Part shown: one piece after another, positions 1 to 9,235 of the stretch | How positions within the stretch are numbered: position 1 is the first letter of the stretch | Layout: each line of letters begins with the position of its first letter | From: a virus | Taxonomy: Duplodnaviria; Caudoviricetes | DNA: 25,622 bases | IMG/VR virus record: IMGVR_UViG_3300008117_000365 | Span: 1-25,622 of that record | Strand: one strand, 5' to 3' | Translations under genes and position numbers: made by a program | The notes under the pieces: model-generated | Seen by the model: only the letters and a program-made list of their open reading frames with translations | Database searches by the model: none | Told to the model about the DNA's origin: nothing

Positions 1-1
1 T

Positions 2-1849
2 TGGTTTCTTACAACTCCTGATAGAAAGTACATCTCTGATCCTACAGGTAGAGCTCAGGGGGCTTATGCCGCTGGTACAGTACAGGTTATGGAACTTTCA
101 GAAATCATTGAAAGCATACCAGACCTTACTAAAGAAGAAATAGACCATCTAAGAAGTTCTCTCCAAGACTATGGACTTATTAACGTCCGTGAATCCAATC
201 TAGGTAATCCTAATGCTGTTCCTGGTATTGACTCAGTTACCTATGATACATTTGATCCACTGGTTCTTCAAACTCGTATGATTATCGAGAGTGAAATGAA
301 GGAGAACAATGATGGTCTTAAAGACTTCTTAGGTCTAACGTCAAATGTTAGTTCATTCGGTTATAAGTATGTTGTTGTTCGCTGCTACTGGTTAAGTAAG
401 AAGAAGATTGGTAAACTCATCTATATTGATGAGCTTGGTAATGAGCAATCAGTATTGGTAGATGAGAACTATAAGTCTGGCACTATGCCAACACAGCAAT
501 CTCTAGAATGGGGATGGATTAACCAGTGGTATCAGGGAATCAAGATTGGTCCAGATATCTACCACGTTAAACCATTCAAACTTCTAAACTACTGTCCTAT
601 CATAGGTATCACATACGAGGTGAAGAATACAGAGGCAAAGAGTCTAGTTGACTTGATGAAGCCTTTCCAGGTGTTATATAATGTATGTATGAACCAGCTT
701 TACAAGCTTCTTGAGAAGGAAGTGGGTAAGGTGTATTTGACATCCATCAGACACATTCCTGTTCCTAAGGATGGTGATGCTCAAGATGCATTGGACATCT
801 GGGAAATGGAAGCTAGAAACAGAGGTGTTGTCTTTATTGATGATAGCCCTGAGAACCTAAAATCCCCAAGCTCATTCAACCAGTTTAGGGATATTGACCT
901 TACACGTACACAAGAGATACAGTCTCGTTATACATTAGCTCAGCAACTTAAGAATGAGTGTTGGGAACTAGTAGGTATGAGTAGGCAGCGTATGGGATCT
1001 ATTACAGCTAGTGAATCTGCTACAGGTGTAAATACAGCTGTGTCACAATCTTATGCTCAAACAGAGCCTTGGTTTGTGGCTCATGAATATGTTATGGGTC
1101 AGCTCTATCAAGCAATTATAGATGCTGCTCTGTATGTAGAATCTAAGAAGCCTCAGTCCACTCTTAGTTATATTACTAGCGAAGGTGAGTCAGCATTTGT
1201 ATCTGTAAATGGATCAGACTTAAGATTCCGTGACCTGAAGGTATTCTTGACAAATCGTCCTGAGGATACACAAATGTTTAATGAACTGCGTCAATTGGCT
1301 CAACCTTTGATGCAGAATGGTGGATCATTGTACGATGTGATTGAGCTGTACAGCACTAAGTCTATGAGAGCTATGAAGAAGGTGTTCAAAGATTTACGTG
1401 ATAAGCAAGAGGCTATGGAACAGCAGAAGCTTCAGATTCAGCAACAGCAAGTTGAACAACAAGGTCAGATTGCTCAGGCTCAACTTCAACAAGCTCAGAT
1501 ACAGAAAGAACAAGATATAGCTAATCAGAATTATCAGAACGAACTTGATCGTATCAACAAGAAAGAGATTGCTTTGATTGCTGCTGAGGCAAAGAACATG
1601 GGTCCTCTATCTGATGTAGACAAAACTGGTACTCCTGATGTATTGGAAATCAGTAAGTTAAATGCAGAACAAGAAAGAACTACTAGAGACTACCAGGCAA
1701 AGATGGCTGACCTTAATACCAAGAACAGACTGGCTGCTGAAAAGATTGCTCTCGAAAGGGAGAAGTTACAAGTGGATCGTGAGAATCAGAAGAACGATCT
1801 AGCTATCGCTAAAGAGAATGCTAAAGGTCGTGCTAAAAAACCTAAATAA
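2..1849 (+). CDS. Portal protein, crAss-like (5'-truncated by the window edge)
   Basis: The frame is open from position 2 (WFLTTPDRKY...) into the 89..1849 ORF. It has portal-like motifs (SLVDLMKPFQVLYN, ELVGMSRQRMG...SATG), a long Q/E/K-rich C-terminal coiled-coil barrel, and lies upstream of the scaffold-like and capsid genes as in Crassvirales. Confidence 0.85.
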   Translation, partial: WFLTTPDRKYISDPTGRAQGAYAAGTVQVMELSEIIESIPDLTKEEIDHLRSSLQDYGLINVRESNLGNPNAVPGIDSVTYDTFDPLVLQTRMIIESEMKENNDGLKDFLGLTSNVSSFGYKYVVVRCYWLSKKKIGKLIYIDELGNEQSVLVDENYKSGTMPTQQSLEWGWINQWYQGIKIGPDIYHVKPFKLLNYCPIIGITYEVKNTEAKSLVDLMKPFQVLYNVCMNQLYKLLEKEVGKVYLTSIRHIPVPKDGDAQDALDIWEMEARNRGVVFIDDSPENLKSPSSFNQFRDIDLTRTQEIQSRYTLAQQLKNECWELVGMSRQRMGSITASESATGVNTAVSQSYAQTEPWFVAHEYVMGQLYQAIIDAALYVESKKPQSTLSYITSEGESAFVSVNGSDLRFRDLKVFLTNRPEDTQMFNELRQLAQPLMQNGGSLYDVIELYSTKSMRAMKKVFKDLRDKQEAMEQQKLQIQQQQVEQQGQIAQAQLQQAQIQKEQDIANQNYQNELDRINKKEIALIAAEAKNMGPLSDVDKTGTPDVLEISKLNAEQERTTRDYQAKMADLNTKNRLAAEKIALEREKLQVDRENQKNDLAIAKENAKGRAKKPK

Positions 1850-2240
1850 TGTTTGATAAACTAATAGATATAATAGTTGAATGGTTTAATTACCTTACTC
1901 CTGCAGTGATTATTCCCAACTATGAACAGGCAGTTCTATTAAGAAGTGGGCATTTTAGGAAGGTATTGGGCCCAGGATTTCATTTAAAACATTTCTATTA
2001 GAGGTGTTTGATGCTCAGGATGCTCTTGCTGATATGACCCAGTCTATCATTAAGAATATTGTAATATCATCCTCGTTAGAACAATGTATTGATCCTGAAA
2101 TGGACAACCTTTTGACTAAGAAGGTTAGGGTGGAAGCTAAGAAGTGGGGAGTTGAGATTCAACAAGTTACACTTACAGACATTGCTCCAATTCGTAGCTT
2201 CAGAATAATAAACGACACGGTTATAAACAAACTTGATTAG
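1849..2240 (+). pseudogene. SPFH/band-7 (stomatin-like) gene interrupted by a frame break and apparent internal deletion
   Basis: An ATG at 1849 overlaps the portal stop (TAATG) and reads MFDKLIDIIVEWFNYLTPAVIIPNYEQAVLLRSGHFRKVLGPGFHLK, a typical SPFH N-terminus, then stops at 1999-2001. The C-terminal part (TFLLEVFDAQDALADMTQSII...KWGVEIQQVTLTDI) is in the -1 frame, ending at 2240. Confidence 0.75.
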
Positions 2241-2298
2241 ATTAAAAAATATTAATGCTATATTATCTGTGAAAACCACTGATATACTGTATTAACTC

Positions 2299-2329
2299 TT
2301 TGCTATTCAATACGTTTTATCTACTTTTA
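2299..2329 (+). promoter_or_regulatory. Bacteroidota sigma-A-type promoter upstream of the scaffold/capsid genes
   Basis: TTTG (2299-2302), a 19 nt spacer, then TACTTTTA (2322-2329). One mismatch to the TTTG-N19-21-TAnnTTTG consensus; intergenic. Confidence 0.6.
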
Positions 2330-2360
2330 CGTTTCATAAACCAAGAAAAATAAACTACAT

Positions 2361-3641
2361 ATGGCTGAGAACCTTGATATGCCATCATTTGGCAACTTTA
2401 GTATTGAGAATACTATGGAAATGGGTGCTGGAAATGCAGAACTTCTTAATGACCTTATGTCTCCTGAAACATCTACAGGTAGTCCTGATGATATTCAGAA
2501 GATTGTAAAAGAAGTAGAACCTGCCACTCCAGATCCAAAACCTGATGTTCCAAAAGGTAAGGAGATTGTTCCAAAAGAAGATGGTAAAGAACCTAGCGGT
2601 CAAGACCTGATTTCTAGCTTCCTAGGAGATAATTCTAGTGAAGAGGAAGAGGATGCAGAAGATGTTGATCCTCAACCAGTTAAGAAGAAAGCTCCTGCTG
2701 CAGACAAACCTGCTGCTGAAGAAACTGAATCTGAAGAAGAAGAAGGAGATGAACAAGTGAGTCAATTCACTGCACTTTCTCGTGACCTATTTAAACTAGG
2801 TGTTTTTTCTAAAGATGAAGATGAAGAAGATATAGACATCTCAACTCCTGAACAATTCTTGGAACGCTTCCAAGAGGAAAAGAAGAAAGGAGCTATAGAG
2901 GTGGTGAACAACTTCATTGGTCAATTTGGTGAAGATTATCAACAAGCGTTCGAGGCTATATTCGTAAAAGGCGTTAATCCAAAAGAATATTTTGGTGCAT
3001 ATAATAACGTAGTGAGCTTTTCTGACATGGATCTCTCACAAGAGAATAACCAAGTGTCAGTAATTAAACAAGCTCTAGCTGATCAGGGATTTGAGCCTGA
3101 AGACATCGATACAGAGGTTGAAAGACTCAAGAACTATGGCGATCTGGAAAGTGTAGCGACAAAGCACCACAAAGTGCTTGTTAAGAAGGAAGCCCAGAAA
3201 CTTGCCCAAATGGAGCAAAAGGCTGAGCAAGAGCTACAACAGAAACAAGCTATTAAGAATCAGTATATTAATAATGTTCAACAAGTCCTACAGGACAAGT
3301 TGAAATCAAAGGAGTTTGACGGAATACCCATCAACCCTAAGTTGGCAAATGAACTACAAGACTTCCTGCTGGTAGATAAATACAAAACAGCATCAGGAGA
3401 AACTCTCACAGACTTTGATAAGACCATCTTAGAGTTGAAAAGACCTGAAAACCATGCAACTAAAGTAAAGGTTGCACTGCTATTAAAGATCCTAGAAAAA
3501 GATCCTACATTATCTACCATCCAAAAAACAGGCGTTACAAAGAAATCTAACGAGCTGTTTGGGGAAGTAGCTAGACAGGTAACTAAGACTAAATCTAGCG
3601 GTGGCTCTCAGCCTTCTAAACAAAATTCATGGTTTTTATAA
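2361..3641 (+). CDS. Acidic conserved crAss-like protein upstream of the capsid gene, putative scaffolding protein
   Basis: 426 aa with a very D/E-rich, probably disordered N-half and a helical C-half. Sits between portal and major capsid genes and has an A-rich leader. Confidence 0.65.
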   Translation: MAENLDMPSFGNFSIENTMEMGAGNAELLNDLMSPETSTGSPDDIQKIVKEVEPATPDPKPDVPKGKEIVPKEDGKEPSGQDLISSFLGDNSSEEEEDAEDVDPQPVKKKAPAADKPAAEETESEEEEGDEQVSQFTALSRDLFKLGVFSKDEDEEDIDISTPEQFLERFQEEKKKGAIEVVNNFIGQFGEDYQQAFEAIFVKGVNPKEYFGAYNNVVSFSDMDLSQENNQVSVIKQALADQGFEPEDIDTEVERLKNYGDLESVATKHHKVLVKKEAQKLAQMEQKAEQELQQKQAIKNQYINNVQQVLQDKLKSKEFDGIPINPKLANELQDFLLVDKYKTASGETLTDFDKTILELKRPENHATKVKVALLLKILEKDPTLSTIQKTGVTKKSNELFGEVARQVTKTKSSGGSQPSKQNSWFL

Positions 3642-3669
3642 TTTTTTCATAAACACAAAAGAATAAAAA

Positions 3670-5140
3670 ATGGCAATTCAAACAATCCCAGGTCTAACTG
3701 GCTTTACGTATGCTCGTGTCGCTTCTATGGACAAGCGTGCTGTAGGTAAGCTGACTGATGCTAACCACCTGGAGAGCTTACATGATCAACAAAAGCACGC
3801 CTTATTACATTGATAATAATAGCGATGCTTGGAAATGGCAAGTAGCTGTTCCGTACAAATTCCCTAAAATCATTGATGTTCCAACTGCCACTCAAGAGTT
3901 GCAGAAGCCTGGTATCGATGGTCAAGAGTTCCAACTGGTACTTGACACAAATGAGTTCTCTAAGAACGCTATCATTTCTGTAGGTTCTCGTCAGTATGGT
4001 CCTCGTTTCTACGTTATTAAGGATCCAGTTCCTTGGAACATGGGCTTCCTTTATAGCTTCACTTTGGTTAGTGATAACCCAACTGTAGATTTCGTTAGCT
4101 CTACTTTCTTACAAGTAGGTATCGAACTTGAGTTGGTTGATGCTGCAATTGGTGAATTCGATCAAGATTTGTTAGGTCTTCCTCGTTTGGGTGAGCAAAT
4201 CACAATGTTTGAATCTTTAGGTTCTGCATATGGTTTTGAGCACAAAATCACTGAGTGGGCTGATGACAAAATGATGCGTGATTCTGCTGGTCGTCCTTTG
4301 GATATCCTAGTATATGCACCTCAGCGTCGTAACCAACTTCCTTTAACTCGTAATGATGTTAAATGGGAGCCATTTATTGAATTCTGGATGCGTAAGTCTA
4401 TGCTTGAGTTGAAAGTTAAGCGTATGATTTGGAGCAAGCCTGGTACTGTTAAGACTAACGGATCTAAGCAAGAGTTGAAGCGTACTTCAGCTGGTGTTTA
4501 CCACCGTATGCGTAACAACGGTAACCTTGTACAGTATAACCGTGGTGAGTTCACTGCGAACTTAATCCGTGCTGTCTTTGGTGATCTGTTCTATCGTCGT
4601 GTGGATGTTAAAGATCGTCGTGTTAAAATGTACACTAACGAAGCAGGTTTTGACGTGTTCCAACAAGCTTTGAAGACAGACGCTTTGAACAGTGGTCTTA
4701 CCTTCATGGCTGATAGCGGAAACCGTTACATGCAAGGAGAAGGACAACACATCACTTATAACTTTGCATTCGATGCAATGGTTACACGTGAAACAGGTCG
4801 TGTTGAACTTATTCACTTGAAAGAACTTGACCTTCCACAATCTAACCTAGAATTTGGACAGAACAAGAAGTCTACACCTGTATTCATGGTGTTCGACGTA
4901 TCTCCAATGTCTGATGGTTCTATGGTTAATAACATCCGTGAAGTTCGTATGAAGGGTGCACCTTCTATGACTTGGGGATATATCGATGGAACTCGCCACC
5001 ACTTAGGCTTTGCTAAGTCTCAGGGTATGAGCTCTGCGAACAAATTCCCAGGATATGAAATCTGGATGAAGGATCGTTGTGATGTATTCATTGAGGACTT
5101 GTCTCGTACAGTGTTGATCGAAGAGATCCCACAATTCTAA
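3670..5140 (+). CDS. Major capsid protein (crAss-like) with a frame break near 3778-3781
   Basis: Likely true start is the ATG at 3670 after GAATAAAAA (MAIQTIPGLTGFTYARVASMDKRAVGKLTDANHLES), whose frame closes at 3811-3813. The body (MINKSTPYYID...IEEIPQF) is in the +1 frame to 5140. Both parts show high-expression codon bias (CGT, GGT, GCT, AAC). The ending EIWMKDRCDVFIEDLSRT and the synteny fit a crAss-type capsid protein. Confidence 0.85.
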
Positions 5141-5283
5141 TAAGAATACAGCAAGAGCTGTTCTTATAATCTACCGAGGAGAGAATGCCCCCCACTTCAA
5201 TGTGGGGGAGCTCTTCTCAACTCTACAGAGTGTTGAATTGGGGTGTCTCCCAATTGCAGGTCCCTTCGGTGGGAATCACTCTG
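5140..5283 (+). ncRNA. GC-rich structured intergenic RNA element (two hairpins plus a three-way junction)
   Basis: Stems seen directly: 5140-5152/5157-5167; GAGGAGAG 5176-5183/CTCTTCTC 5211-5218 enclosing CCCCCAC/GTGGGGG; CAGAGTG 5226-5232/CACTCTG 5277-5283 enclosing AATTGGG/CCCAATT and TCCC/GGGA. No U-tract follows any of them. Confidence 0.55.
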
Positions 5284-5311
5284 CAAACAAAACCAAATAA
5301 ATAAACTACAT

Positions 5312-6280
5312 ATGGGTAAGTTAGGTAAAATCTCAACACTTAAGAAAGAGTATAACAACTCTCAACTTCAAACAATGCAAGGTGGTCTTTCACTTAAAGG
5401 CTTAACACGTATTCCTGGTACTGGTGTATTCAAGTATCCTTATAAAGAACTTGATGGTCAGTATAGGACAGGACTTGATCCAAACGCTGCTTACATTCGC
5501 AGAATCTCTGATCCTCTTGAGAGAGAAATGGAGATTGAGCGTGTAACAGCTCTAAGAGAAAGATTACAAGTTGCTCTTGGTGATGTTAACTTAGGTCCTC
5601 GTTCTAGTTTCTGGAACTATGGATTATCAACATCTACAGATGATACATTGCATGTACAGCCTGTAAAATTACTTGATGGTGATAACTTTTTCGATCTTTC
5701 TATTCCTTTTCAGGAATTAGCATTCTCTTGGTTACGTGTTCATCCAACAATTGCAAGCTCTTATCAGGCTTGGGAGCGTGGTGAATATCCTGCTGATACA
5801 CAATTCTATGTAGCAGACGAAGAGATTGAAAATGCTGTTTTGTTCAAGAAGAAACAAATGATTAACAAAGCTATTGTTAAGTTTGACAGCATGACTCCTG
5901 AAAGAAAAAGAAAAGTGGCACGTCTGTTGGGATTACCTGTAACTGATGATACTAAAGAGGAAGCAGTTTACAACCTTGTAGATAATGTCCTCAAACAAAC
6001 CGAGTTTAAAAACGGTAAGTATCAGGGACTTAATCCTGTTGAAGTGTTCACACGCTTTGCAGACATGAAGGATAACTTACTCCATATCAAAGACTTAGTG
6101 AAACAAGCTCTTACACATTCTATATACAGATCTAAACCTAATGGTAAGGTGTATGAGGGTGAGTTTGAAGTAGCTAAAGATGAAGATGATTTAATTAAAA
6201 TGCTTGCTGACGATGATAATCAGGACATGCTTCTGACTCTCGAAGGTAAGTTGAAAACTAAGAAATTAGCTGCAGTATGA
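5312..6280 (+). CDS. Conserved crAss-like protein downstream of the capsid gene, function unknown
   Basis: Start reassigned from GTG 5243 (inside the structured RNA) to ATG 5312, which has the same AAATAAACTACAT-ATGG context as the 2361 gene. Its position matches the conserved gene after the capsid gene in Crassvirales. Confidence 0.7.
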   Translation: MGKLGKISTLKKEYNNSQLQTMQGGLSLKGLTRIPGTGVFKYPYKELDGQYRTGLDPNAAYIRRISDPLEREMEIERVTALRERLQVALGDVNLGPRSSFWNYGLSTSTDDTLHVQPVKLLDGDNFFDLSIPFQELAFSWLRVHPTIASSYQAWERGEYPADTQFYVADEEIENAVLFKKKQMINKAIVKFDSMTPERKRKVARLLGLPVTDDTKEEAVYNLVDNVLKQTEFKNGKYQGLNPVEVFTRFADMKDNLLHIKDLVKQALTHSIYRSKPNGKVYEGEFEVAKDEDDLIKMLADDDNQDMLLTLEGKLKTKKLAAV

Positions 6281-7008
6281 TACCAGTAGATAGTTTATTG
6301 TATAAGATAGACCAGAAACTAAATAAACTATCGACTAATATACATCAGCAGATAAACTTAGAAGATAAGATTTTAGCTCTTAATGAAGCTCAAATCAAGC
6401 TGATAAAACAAAAGGTTGATGGTTTTAGTGTGGTAAGTGGAATGGGACTCGATGCTTTTAAGAAGCGTTATGAGGACCTCCAAAGTTTGGTTGTTACCTA
6501 CAATCATCAGCCTCTTGACTTAACACTCAAGAATGCTGAACTAAATCAATGGTTTGCTAATCTGCACCTTCTTAATCCTAAGTATATGTTCTATATTGAT
6601 AGTTATATACTTGCTGACAAAGGAGTGTGTAAGGATAGAAAGATCTGGATTAACAGAGACTTGGCTAAACATGGTGACTTACAGTTCATCCTGAATAACG
6701 ATCACTACAAGCCTTCCTTTGAATATCAAGAGACTTTCAACTTCCTCTCGACAGATGAAATATCTATCTTCACAGATGGTACCTTCACTCCGAGTAAGAT
6801 ATATATGTCTTATATGAGATATCCAGTGTACATAAATGCAGAAGGATATGTTATGTTAGACGGACAACCATCTTATAATCAAGATTGCGAACTTGAACTC
6901 TATCTAGAGGACGAACTATTAGATTTAACAGTACAGAATCTGGCAATGTACACAGAGAACGCTGCTGCTGTTCAAAGTGCACAGTTTAGAATACAGACAA
7001 ACGAATAA
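6277..7008 (+). CDS. Tail ring / head-tail connector-type structural protein
   Basis: 243 aa with an ATGA overlap. N-terminal LNEAQIKLIK helix and C-terminal Y.RYP...CEL...L.DELLDLTV pattern resemble crAss ring proteins. Confidence 0.65.
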   Translation: MIPVDSLLYKIDQKLNKLSTNIHQQINLEDKILALNEAQIKLIKQKVDGFSVVSGMGLDAFKKRYEDLQSLVVTYNHQPLDLTLKNAELNQWFANLHLLNPKYMFYIDSYILADKGVCKDRKIWINRDLAKHGDLQFILNNDHYKPSFEYQETFNFLSTDEISIFTDGTFTPSKIYMSYMRYPVYINAEGYVMLDGQPSYNQDCELELYLEDELLDLTVQNLAMYTENAAAVQSAQFRIQTNE

Positions 7009-7037
7009 ATTTTTTCAATCACCTAAAATAAAACAAA

Positions 7038-8207
7038 ATGGCTGATTTTTCATTAACTACGCTCTTCGTAGTACCAGTAGGGCAAACTGCGCTCCCTAGC
7101 TCTGGATCTACGCAAGACTTAACTCCTGGCCAAGTTGGTATTTTCAAAAATGATTATGCCGTGGCTACAGCTGTAAACATCGCAGCTGCTCCTTACTTTT
7201 ATGTTGCGCAGGGCCGTACAAACACTTATCTGCAAGGCTCTAAGCGTTCTGATAAGATTAAAGGTTGTCCTTCAGGTGCTGGTTGCAATAGCAACGTAAC
7301 TGAGTGGTATAAAGTGAATGGTTGTCCTACACCTGTAACTCAAATTACAGATGTAACAAACTTTAACGTACAGTGTGGTGATGTTATCACTGTAACTTTA
7401 CGTGCTCACTCTAGCTACTTAGACACTCTGTATTTCAACGGTTTTACACGTTCAGTAACTGTAAACGCACCTTGTTGCGATTGTGGTGGAGATCCTTGCT
7501 CTATCGTTGATATCCCTGCATTGATTGATGATATCATCTATCATTTCTTATTGCAAGCTCCTGGTAACAACCCTGACAACATCACCTTCTCTGATTTCTA
7601 TCAGTTCCAAAGAATTGGTAACGACCAAAACGCTTTCTTGCGTATCACTGGTAAGCCTCTTACCAAATATGGTCAGCCTTGTGATGTTGCAGCATTTCCT
7701 TTCGAGTATGACCGTATGTGGTTCCGTACATTCGTGTACAGTGGACCTGCAACAACTGCTGACTTCATTGTAGCAGATGCTTGTAACATTGTAGCTGATG
7801 CTACCGTTGTACAGCGTTCTTCTTATGCAGTGGGTACTTCTGCTGAGATTGCTCAGTTGGAGAAAAACTTCTACAGCTACCAAGCTGGTTACCTGAAGCA
7901 TTTGTACAGAATGAATGGTTACAACGAGAACTTTGAAAGCTGGGTATCTGATGGTACTACCTACGATACTTACTACATCAAGTTCAATGAGTATGACAAG
8001 TCTGCATATCAGTGGGGTGACTACATTTATGAAGATGCAACTGTAATCATTGCTGTTGCAAGCGGTAGTGCTGCTGCAACTGCTATCGAGGCTGTTCTTG
8101 TTGCTGGTTTGGGTCCTGTAGCTGGTGATAACTCTTGTATCACAACTACATCCACTACAACTACTGTATGGCCTTCTACTACTACTACATCAACTTTGAT
8201 TCCGTAA
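7038..8207 (+). CDS. Abundant virion protein, probable auxiliary capsid (decoration) protein, with C-terminal Thr tail
   Basis: 389 aa with the same strong codon bias as the capsid gene. Contains an RSDKI motif near the N-terminus, is followed by a strong hairpin, and occupies the position of crAss auxiliary capsid genes. Confidence 0.6.
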   Translation: MADFSLTTLFVVPVGQTALPSSGSTQDLTPGQVGIFKNDYAVATAVNIAAAPYFYVAQGRTNTYLQGSKRSDKIKGCPSGAGCNSNVTEWYKVNGCPTPVTQITDVTNFNVQCGDVITVTLRAHSSYLDTLYFNGFTRSVTVNAPCCDCGGDPCSIVDIPALIDDIIYHFLLQAPGNNPDNITFSDFYQFQRIGNDQNAFLRITGKPLTKYGQPCDVAAFPFEYDRMWFRTFVYSGPATTADFIVADACNIVADATVVQRSSYAVGTSAEIAQLEKNFYSYQAGYLKHLYRMNGYNENFESWVSDGTTYDTYYIKFNEYDKSAYQWGDYIYEDATVIIAVASGSAAATAIEAVLVAGLGPVAGDNSCITTTSTTTTVWPSTTTTSTLIP

Positions 8208-8234
8208 TAGTAGGATAAACCTAGATTATAAACC

Positions 8235-8283
8235 TAAGCCAGAGGTGAGAGGATTCAAACTCAATCCTCTGGCTTATTTATTT
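8235..8283 (+). terminator. Hairpin, probable partial intrinsic terminator
   Basis: 11-bp stem TAAGCCAGAGG (8235-8245)/CCTCTGGCTTA (8266-8276), followed by TTTATTT. Confidence 0.6.
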
Positions 8284-8291
8284 AAAACAAC

Positions 8292-8855
8292 ATGGCAGAT
8301 TTAAAATTAGACATATTAGTAATTCCTACGTATAATACACTTACACTAGGTGTTGCTGATGCATCTATCTACCCTACAAACCCTCCTGTTGTTTCTGGAG
8401 CCACTATTGAGATTAATGTCCCTAACTTTGGAGTGGTTGTTAAACCATTCAATGTTAATGACTTTAACATATTCACTTCTTCAAACTTAGGTATCACTGC
8501 ACCAGGTGTGGATCAACCACTTCCTGATGGTGTATACTACCTGAAATATTCTGTAGCACCTGCATATTTAAACTTTGTAGAAAAGTCAATCATGCGTGTT
8601 GAAAGATTACAAGAGAAGTTTGACGGAGCATTTATGAAGCTTGATATGATGGAATGTGATAGAGCTATTAAAACACAAGCAAAGGTGGATTTAACTTCTA
8701 TCTATTTCTTCATCCAAGGATCAATAGCTGCTGCAAACAATTGTGCTACACAGGAAGCTATGAAACTATACAATCAGGCAGATATAATGCTTGATAACTT
8801 CCTGAAGAATAATTGTGGTTGCTCTGGAAATAACTACGTTATAAACTTCTATTAA
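8292..8855 (+). CDS. Virion structural protein, possibly tail hub type
   Basis: 187 aa with a beta-rich N-half (LPDGVYYLKY) and a helical C-half ending in NCGC. Lies between the auxiliary-capsid-like gene and the fibre genes. Confidence 0.5.
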   Translation: MADLKLDILVIPTYNTLTLGVADASIYPTNPPVVSGATIEINVPNFGVVVKPFNVNDFNIFTSSNLGITAPGVDQPLPDGVYYLKYSVAPAYLNFVEKSIMRVERLQEKFDGAFMKLDMMECDRAIKTQAKVDLTSIYFFIQGSIAAANNCATQEAMKLYNQADIMLDNFLKNNCGCSGNNYVINFY

Positions 8856-8856
8856 T

Positions 8857-9009
8857 ATGGCAAAATGTAGAAACTGCGGAGCTAATGTTGGCTGCGGATG
8901 TCAATTGATAAATGGTCTTTGTGCAGCATGTAACGGTGCTGTAAAACAAGGAAGAAAAATTATAAGAAATGTTATCACCCAGGCTTACAAATTGTCCAGA
9001 ATGCGCTAA
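8857..9009 (+). CDS. Small Cys-rich protein (50 aa), absent from the ORF track
   Basis: The ATG lies 1 nt after the upstream stop. Translation: MAKCRNCGANVGCGCQLINGLCAACNGAVKQGRKIIRNVITQAYKLSRMR, with a CxxC-x5-CGC-x6-CxxC pattern. It fills an otherwise empty gap. Confidence 0.7.
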   Translation: MAKCRNCGANVGCGCQLINGLCAACNGAVKQGRKIIRNVITQAYKLSRMR

Positions 9010-9235
9010 CATTCCTTCTCTGATTGCAGAGATAGATTGTAAGCTCGCTGATCTGGCTAGTAATTTGTACAACAATGTTGTATTTATGTTAAACCAACCT
9101 GTTCCTGGTGGAACAATGTTGGACCTCCTAAACTATAGGAGGATTCTTGTTTATAAATATTGCAATCCTAATTATAATGCTGAGTTCACTGTGAACATGA
9201 TTGCCAGCAGAGTTAAAATTTTAAAATTTAGATAA
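8969..9235 (+). CDS. Small hypothetical virion-module protein with N-terminal CxxC
   Basis: 88 aa helical ORF abutting the next gene (TAA-ATG). Confidence 0.6.
   Translation: MLSPRLTNCPECANIPSLIAEIDCKLADLASNLYNNVVFMLNQPVPGGTMLDLLNYRRILVYKYCNPNYNAEFTVNMIASRVKILKFR

Noticed and set aside
5226-5285. tRNA or hammerhead ribozyme
   Set aside because: It is too short and lacks a cloverleaf with D, anticodon and T loops. There is no CTGATGA/GAAA core.
5243-5311. GTG start giving an N-terminal extension to the gene after the capsid gene
   Set aside because: It lies inside the structured RNA, and ATG 5312 has a much better leader that is shared with the 2361 gene.
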